DNA of 64,000 nt. It comes from an uncultured Nitrospinota bacterium. Lineage in GTDB: Bacteria; Tectomicrobia; Entotheonellia; J063; CAVPRW01. Location: positions 64,001 through 128,000 of the forward strand of contig CAVPRW010000027.1 in NCBI GenBank assembly GCA_963707985.1, in the 5' to 3' direction. Shown here piece by piece: positions 57,307 through 64,000 of the stretch; position 1 is the stretch's first letter, and every line of letters begins with the position of its first letter. The notes beneath the pieces were generated by a model. That model saw nothing but the letters and a program-made list of their open reading frames with translations, did no database searches and had not been told where the DNA came from. The translations under genes were made by a program, and so were the position numbers.

Positions 57307-57813
57307 GTACTCCCTTTCTCGCGAACTGGGATTATCCCAGTCCTCATCTCACCATAAAGCGGCAAGCCGTTGCCACCACATTCACGGCAGAGCATCCATC
57401 GTCATCCCCATCGGCTACCTAAAGCAGACTACTCAAATTGTTTGGAGAAACTTGCTGCATTGGAGTGCTCTTTCAACCGTTCGTTTGGTAATATACCGAT
57501 CGGTAGACGAAAAAGGAAATGAAATATTTCGCTATAAATCATCGAAATAGTTCATGTTGCGGGTCTCGAGCTAGGGCCATCCGGCGCGCAGGCGAAATGC
57601 ACAGGCGAGGACGGCTCTTCGGTGCCTGGTGGCCAAAGTGGAGCGGAAGGACCTGAGCCGTTGTGGAGAAAGCCTTCGAAGGCCCTTGCAGGGGAGGGGC
57701 GCCTCAATGCACAGGTGATGATCATGGCCTGACGTACACTGGTATCAAGGAGAGGTGGAGGAAGGGAAATAGACGCCCGCCCTCCCTCAAGTCCTCTCCC
57801 GCAGGTTAAACGC

Positions 57814-58431
57814 TTACTTCATTGGCGAGAAGGCGGCAGGGATCAGGATCTTGTTTTGCTGACTGACCAAGAATTCTCGTGTCTTGGGTGGCCAGTTAGG
57901 CAGCTTCTGCGATTCAGCTCGAATCTTCGCCCGTTCTGCAAGGTCCTTGTAGGCCCAGGTGTGGACGAACTTGTTCAGCCCACCGAGCTCGCTATACCAA
58001 CAGGCGGCCAATGGCGAGAGCTTCTCGCGATCATTGATGGCATCGGCCCAGCGTTTCAGGACTTCACCCATGGAACCTGATTGGTAGGTGTAGGTGCGCA
58101 TCTCATAGACGCCACCCAGCGTTTGGTTCCCCAGCGGGCGCATGAACGGCGCTGGAATGAAGATCTCCGACTCCATGGTCTCGATAAACTCCTGAATCTT
58201 TGGCGGCCACCCGACCTCATGCGCCGCCGCGGCACGGACTTCCGTCCGGTGTTGGAGGCTTTCATAGGGCCACACATGCATAATCTGATTGAGTGGCCCC
58301 ACCTCCGTATGCCAGAACGCCCCAAGTTTGGAGTGCTTTTCGCGAGCCGAAATCGCTTCGCCGAAGCGCGTCTCCGCCTCAGCGACCGAGCCAGGCTTCA
58401 GCGTATAGGTGCGGACTTCGTAAATCGACAT
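57814..58431 (-). CDS. NIPSNAP family protein (two domains)
   Basis: YEVRTYT / YEMRTYT, GPLNQ.MHVW, GGLNKFVHTW, PAAFSP. Confidence 0.92.
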   Translation of the reverse strand: MSIYEVRTYTLKPGSVAEAETRFGEAISAREKHSKLGAFWHTEVGPLNQIMHVWPYESLQHRTEVRAAAAHEVGWPPKIQEFIETMESEIFIPAPFMRPLGNQTLGGVYEMRTYTYQSGSMGEVLKRWADAINDREKLSPLAACWYSELGGLNKFVHTWAYKDLAERAKIRAESQKLPNWPPKTREFLVSQQNKILIPAAFSPMK

Positions 58432-59066
58432 AGAAACCCTCCTTTCACCTCTCTGAACTGCCACTTATGCCGCGCGACATTGCCGACACCCGTCCAACAT
58501 TCATGTATCAACGTGCCGCTGACACCGTTGCCTGAACTGCATCTCACCAGCGCATCCTCGCGACCAACCGCCTCCAGCACTCGTCGCAGTTCCGTGTCGG
58601 GCAGCAGCCACTCTGATAGCATAGAAAGGCTTTACTATACCACAGGAAGTACTGTGGGTGCGTGTGGAAATTCCGGCAGCACCAAACGTGATCCGTGGTC
58701 CACTGTTACGAGAGAGACATACCGGGGCGTAAGGTGGGCGATGTCGAGAGCATTCGTTCAATGAACGGCTCCACCGGTCTGTTGACCCACATATTCCGCT
58801 GAGGCATGGGGTCATGGCCCTCAGGCAACCCCTGCCAGGCTTCCTACCTCTGGCATCTGTGTCTTGCTGGCGAGGCTGGAATGTACGCTCATCAGCAGAG
58901 ATCCGACATGTGGTCGAAAACGGCAACAGTCCCCCTCTGCATCGGTCCTCTTGAAGGGCGTCGGGAAGACGGCTACAATGGAATCTTATGCATGCCAAAT
59001 ACGTCTAGCACGGCATGATCCCAATTCCTTCAATGGCACATTCACAACTCTGCAAGGAGAACCACG

Positions 59067-60116
59067 ATGCCTACGGTTGATCACGAGCCTCTGGGTCAGA
59101 TGGTGGATGGCATCTTGCGTGCGATGGGTGCAAGTGAGGAAGAAACCCAGATCGTGCGCCGTCATATGATTGGGGCCAATCTGGTAGGACATGATTCGCA
59201 CGGGGTAATTCTCTTGTCCACCTACGTGGACCGCATCAAAAAGGGACATATCGTCCCAGGCGCCAAATTCGAGATCGTCCGAGAGGGACCCACGACCGCC
59301 CGCATCAACGGCAATTGGGGGTTTGGGCAGGTGGTCTCAGAGCGGGCCATGCAGATGGCGATCGACAAGGCAAAAACCTACGAGGTCGCCGCGGTCACCG
59401 TCTTCCATCAGAGTCATGTAGGGCGCGTTGGGGATTACCCACTCATGGCGGCACGCGCCGGATTCATCGGCATGATGACCGCCGACTCCGGCAAAACCTC
59501 CAAGGCGGTGGCGCCCTTCGGTGGTCGTGTCGCTCGCCTTGGTACCAACCCGATTTGCATCGCGCTGCCCAGCGACCTCGATGGCCCCATATTCATCGAT
59601 ATGGCCACCAGCGCCGTGGCCGCGGGTAAGATCAGTTTGGCCCGTAACCGCAAGCAACAGATTCCCCTCGGGTGGATCCTGGATAAAGATGGCCATCCGA
59701 CGACCAATCCCCTTGATTATTATGCTGGTGGGGCCATCCTCCCTGTTGGTGGCGATCAAGGACATAAGGGCTACGGGTTATCCTTCATGGTCGAGGTGTT
59801 GTCGGGAATCTTGACGGGATTGGGCTTTGGCATCAATCCCAACGGGCCCCACAACGATGGGGTATTCATGGCGGTCTTCGCCGTCGAGGCGTTCCGGCCA
59901 TTGGATGAATTCAAGCGTGAAATGGCCGAATTCGTCAACTATGTCAAAGACACCCCACTGGCCGAGGGCTTCAAAGAGATCCTCTATCCCGGTGAAATCG
60001 AATATCGCACCGAGCAGCAGCGGCGGCGAGATGGCATTCCTATCGAAGAAGAAACCTGGCGGCAATTAACTGGACTCGCTGCCGCCTCTGGCCTGGCGAT
60101 TCCACCTAGTCGTTGA
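59067..60116 (+). CDS. Ldh_2 family oxidoreductase
   Basis: GHDSHG, HVGR, GTNP, DMATS, GHKGYGL, PGE. Confidence 0.92.
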   Translation: MPTVDHEPLGQMVDGILRAMGASEEETQIVRRHMIGANLVGHDSHGVILLSTYVDRIKKGHIVPGAKFEIVREGPTTARINGNWGFGQVVSERAMQMAIDKAKTYEVAAVTVFHQSHVGRVGDYPLMAARAGFIGMMTADSGKTSKAVAPFGGRVARLGTNPICIALPSDLDGPIFIDMATSAVAAGKISLARNRKQQIPLGWILDKDGHPTTNPLDYYAGGAILPVGGDQGHKGYGLSFMVEVLSGILTGLGFGINPNGPHNDGVFMAVFAVEAFRPLDEFKREMAEFVNYVKDTPLAEGFKEILYPGEIEYRTEQQRRRDGIPIEEETWRQLTGLAAASGLAIPPSR

Positions 60117-60170
60117 CATGGCGTTATTCGCTGCAGCGTATTGAACGCTCGCCATGCGAGCCATGGAAGG

Positions 60171-61082
60171 ATGACTATGGCACGTCTGATTCTCCGTCAT
60201 GAGCTGCCGCTGCAAGCCCCGAGCCTGATCCTCGGGTTTGCCGGGTGGGCCAATGCTGCCGGCCTATCGATCGAGGTGGTGTCACAACTACAATCCTTGT
60301 TACATACTGATGCCATCGGCACTCTCGAGGCTCCCGAGTGTTATGTCATCACAAATCCCTCGCTAGCACATCGACCGATCACGACCATTCGTGGGGGACT
60401 AATCGAGGACCTGCACCTGCCCACCACCGAGGTGCACGCCTGGCAGGGCACCGGCACGCAGCCTGAACTGCTGCTGATTCAAGGGCTGGAGCCGGACTTG
60501 CATTGGCAGGAGTACGTCGAAGCACTCTGGAGCCTGATCGATCGTTTTGGGGTCAGACGTGTCTACACCATTGGCAGTTACTACGACCAGATCCCGCATA
60601 CGCGCCCGCCGCACATCACAGCAGTGGTCAGCGAAGCGCGTCTCAAGGCCGCCTTGCGCTCGCAGCATATCGATTTTACCAGCTATGAGGGACCGACGAG
60701 TATTCAAACCTTCCTACTCTATACTTGCCAGCAACGACAGATCGAGGGGGTGAGTCTCTGGGGAGGTGTCCCACCCTATCTGCAGGGAAGTTATCCCAGG
60801 GGTGTGGTGCGCATCCTTTCCGTGCTTAGCAAATTGATCGGGGTCACCGTCGATTCCAGTGCGCTGCAGTCATGGGTGAGTGAGTTTGAAGGTGTGCTGC
60901 AGCAACAGGTCGCAAAAAACGATGAGTTGCAGGCTTTCATCAAACAACTGGAGACGGCCTATGACCAAACCATGACCGACTCCGATGTGCAGGAAGGCGA
61001 CGAAATCGTCGATGAGATCCAGCAATTTCTCCGCCAGCGCCATCGTCCAGGAGACACCCCCCCGTCCTCCGATGCGCCGTGA
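60171..61082 (+). CDS. PAC2 (proteasome assembly chaperone 2) family protein
   Basis: GFAGWANAA, GLEPDLHW, PHTRP, YEGPTSI, WGGVPPYL, LETAYD, EIQQFLR. Confidence 0.85.
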   Translation: MTMARLILRHELPLQAPSLILGFAGWANAAGLSIEVVSQLQSLLHTDAIGTLEAPECYVITNPSLAHRPITTIRGGLIEDLHLPTTEVHAWQGTGTQPELLLIQGLEPDLHWQEYVEALWSLIDRFGVRRVYTIGSYYDQIPHTRPPHITAVVSEARLKAALRSQHIDFTSYEGPTSIQTFLLYTCQQRQIEGVSLWGGVPPYLQGSYPRGVVRILSVLSKLIGVTVDSSALQSWVSEFEGVLQQQVAKNDELQAFIKQLETAYDQTMTDSDVQEGDEIVDEIQQFLRQRHRPGDTPPSSDAP

Positions 61083-61187
61083 TCCACTGGAGGATGATTG
61101 CCTAGCTCTCGCTTCCACGCCCTGGCCTGCACCGGTGGGAGAGAGAGCAAGAGCTGGGCATCGTAAGCGGCAGAGGAAAAGACCCGC

Positions 61188-62411
61188 GTGGAAGTGATAT
61201 CAGTCGTGCTGCTGCTGAGTGGGATCGTGGCGTTCGTAGGAGCGTTGTTCAACCTGCGACGGAGTCTAAGACTGGTGCGTGCTCTGTATACCGTCGAGCC
61301 GCACCGGTCCACTGTTAACGCCGATCACCCCCCCGTCAGCATCCTGGCGCCTTGTCGTGGCGTCGACGACCAGTTCGTGGCCTATGCACGGGCGCTCCTG
61401 GCCCAGCAGTATGCAGCCTATGAGGTATTATTCCTTGTGGAATCGGCGATCGATCCTGCCTGGGAGGTGCTCAACAGCATCCTCACCGACGTGCCCGGTG
61501 CCCGTGCAGCGCTTCTCATCACCGGGGTGGCCGCAGGGTGCAGCCAGAAGATTCATAATTTGCTGGTCGGGTTGGAGCATGTCGCCCCAGAAACTCGCAT
61601 CCTGGCCTTCGTAGATTCGGATGTGCAGGTCCATCCCTACTGGCTGGAGGCGCTGGTGGCGCCGCTCGACGATCCCACCGTGGGGGCAACTTCGGGCTAT
61701 CGCTGGTATCTGCCGTGTCGCGGCAGTGTGGCAGGAAGTCTGCGCTCAGCCTGGAACGCTGCCACCCTCACCCTTATGGCTCACCCACGGTATGGATTTG
61801 CCTGGGGTGGATCGACTGCCATCCGGCGCGAGGTGTTCGAGAAGTTACGGATCCGCGATGCCTGGTCGCGTGGCTTGAGCGATGACCTGTTGCTCACGCA
61901 AGCAGTGCGTGGCGCAGGTCTGAAGATTCCCTTCGTCGCGGCCTGTCTGGTGCCCACCTTCGAGCCCTGCACCTGGCCGCAACTACTCGAATGGACGAAC
62001 CGACAGACCTGCATTGCACGCGTGCATGTGCCGTGCTCAGTGGGCCTAGCCCTCGTGGTTCATCTCATCAGTATCACCTTGAGCGTGCTAGGAGTCGTGG
62101 CACTTGCGACTGATCAGTGGGTCTCGGGCGGGTTGCTCTTGAGCTATTGGGTGATCACGGGGCTTGGCAGTCTCGCGGTCTGTCGAGGGGCACGCCAGCG
62201 CTTATCCGCGCATGGGTTCACCGTCGCCCAACGCGCCTGGATACAGGCCCTGTGGACCCCAGCCGTCACCCTGTTGGCGCTGATCAACATCTCCGTGGCG
62301 TTTACGACCAGGACGATCACCTGGCGTGGCATTTCCTATACCATGCGCTCACCGCAGCATGTGGTCATGCACACCGGGCCACGTGTTCCAGCACCACCCT
62401 CGGAGGCCTGA
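61188..62411 (+). CDS. Membrane glycosyltransferase (GT2/GT21, ceramide glucosyltransferase-like)
   Basis: SILAPCRG, KIHNL, FVDSD, WGGS, SDD, WTNRQ, ITWRG. Confidence 0.85.
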   Translation: MEVISVVLLLSGIVAFVGALFNLRRSLRLVRALYTVEPHRSTVNADHPPVSILAPCRGVDDQFVAYARALLAQQYAAYEVLFLVESAIDPAWEVLNSILTDVPGARAALLITGVAAGCSQKIHNLLVGLEHVAPETRILAFVDSDVQVHPYWLEALVAPLDDPTVGATSGYRWYLPCRGSVAGSLRSAWNAATLTLMAHPRYGFAWGGSTAIRREVFEKLRIRDAWSRGLSDDLLLTQAVRGAGLKIPFVAACLVPTFEPCTWPQLLEWTNRQTCIARVHVPCSVGLALVVHLISITLSVLGVVALATDQWVSGGLLLSYWVITGLGSLAVCRGARQRLSAHGFTVAQRAWIQALWTPAVTLLALINISVAFTTRTITWRGISYTMRSPQHVVMHTGPRVPAPPSEA

Positions 62412-62427
62412 TAAGGAGAGATCGATC

Positions 62428-63592
62428 ATGACCACCGGCCAGGAGATTCGCCATTACGTCCGCTCTGCGCTCGGCAGGCGTCGCTTTAACCTCCTCATCT
62501 TTTTTGTGACGTCGCGCTGTAACGCCAAGTGCGATTTTTGCTTTTACTGGGATCACCTCAATCACCAGGGTGATCTGACCCTGGACGAGATCCGTCAGAT
62601 CTCCGCCACCATGCCGCCGTTCCATCGCCTGCTGTTTTCGGGGGGCGAGACCTTCATGCGGAAGGAACTGGTCGACATCGTGGGCCTCTTCCACCGTCAA
62701 AACGGCGTGGCGACGATCAATCTCCCGACCAACGGCATCCTGCAAGCCGCAGATCGTGGCGAAGACCGAGGCCATCCTGGCTGAGAATCCGGAGCTGACG
62801 GTCAACGTGGGCTTCTCCCTCGACGGTTTCGCCGCCACGCACGACCGTGTGCGCGCTGTTCCCGGCTGCTTTCGTAAAGCCATCGCCAGTATCAAGGCGG
62901 TGACCGCCCTGCGAGACCGATTTCCCAACCTGACCGTGTTCGTCAACAGCGTCATTTTGCACGAAAATTACCAAGAGTTACCGGCCTTGGCGGATTATCT
63001 GCTGCAAGAGGTCGATCTCGACACCCATTACTTCAACATCATCCGCGGCGACCCCATGAACCCAGCCCAGCGGGACGTGCCCCACGAGGCGCTGGCCACG
63101 CTCTACCAGGAGTATGAGCGCGTGCTCGCTATCTATGTGGACCGTACCCACCAGCGGCGTGGCCGCGGCCCAATATCGGCAGCCGTGTGGCGTACCTTCT
63201 ACCTGGGACGGTTGGCGATCTATAATGATATTCAGCGCACCAACTATACCCATGGCGCCCGCTGGCCGATGCCCTGTACGGCCGGGGACACGGCTGCAGT
63301 GATCGACTACCATGGTGACGTGCGTATTTGTGAGCTGCGCCAGTCCATCGGCAACCTGCGCGACTACGATTGTGACTTCGGACGATTGTGGAGCTCATCG
63401 GCGCGCACGGCAGAGGTGGCGCAGATGCACCAGGATCACTGCGATTGTACGCACATCTGTTTCATCGACGACAGCGCCACCTACAGCCCGAAGGTCGCCC
63501 TGCTGCAGTCCCCCCTGGCCTATGCACGACGTTCGCCTATGCCGAGCGTTCCGGTGCCTCAGGTCGAGGGTCAAGGTGAGAGGGCATGCTGA
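62428..63592 (+). CDS. Radical SAM protein with C-terminal auxiliary Cys domain; +1 frameshift near 62743
   Basis: CNAKCDFC, SGGE, PTNG, SLDG...HDRVR, CTAG...GDVRICE, CDCTHIC. Confidence 0.85.
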
Positions 63593-64000
63593 AGCCATGA
63601 ATTGGCCCTTAGATTATGCTATGCCCTTCCCTTTGTGGGTATCGCATAAACCTAGGGAAGCGCTTAGTGACGTGCTTCTAAACGCATGAGAGTGCGTCAG
63701 ACTGTCTTGCCTCGTGGTAATCACCCATAGAGCACAACGGCAGCAGTTCGAACCCCACCATCCGGTGATGCGGCGCGAGATCATGCTTTCGACTGAGCGA
63801 TACCGCGTCGCGAACGGATGGCAGTCGATCCTCGAACTGCGCAGCAATGAAGAGGTTATTGTCTGGCTGACGTTACATGTCTTGTGCTACTCTGGTGCTA
63901 TCATTCTAGGGCAGTGTTTAGATAAAGCAACAGATAAGGAAGCCTTAATGGTTCTTGCTACTGTATGGCAAAGTAAAAGAGACGATAGGGATCTAGCAAA

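Noticed and set aside
58440..59060. Short ORFs in long intergenic regions (also 57310-57810 and 63600-64000)
   Set aside because: No recognisable motif, RBS or RNA family could be supported.

Overview
GC-rich bacterial chromosome window. The gene order rho-rpmE-prfA-prmC-murA-hisGDCBHAF(IE)-rpsU-cvpA-mutS2-dnaG-rpoD and the IS remnant types suggest a Deltaproteobacteria-like, Tectomicrobia or Nitrospinota-type lineage; this is an inference. Left end (1-2.5 kb): a decayed island at a tRNA-Arg(UCG), with nested IS3/IS1 remnants, a tyrosine-integrase remnant and an intact two-gene operon of stand-alone TIR proteins (candidate defence system). 2.7-24 kb: accessory genes (Uma2, CinA, TIGR03118, ECF sigma/anti-sigma, Fe-ADH, enolase-family enzyme, an M64 peptidase fused to a 7-repeat lectin-like propeller with a partner gene, amidohydrolase, LLM oxidoreductase, CCG Fe-S protein, IS701, MscL, ABC exporter, several remnants). 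25-43.7 kb: an intact housekeeping block. 44-64 kb: redox and aromatic-catabolism-type genes, mobA, glgC, GH57, NIPSNAP, Ldh_2, PAC2, a glycosyltransferase and a radical SAM gene. This part includes a selenoprotein that the ORF track splits at an in-frame TGA (U-G-G-C motif plus a SECIS-like hairpin). About ten single-base frameshifts, mostly insertions, look like long-read consensus errors.
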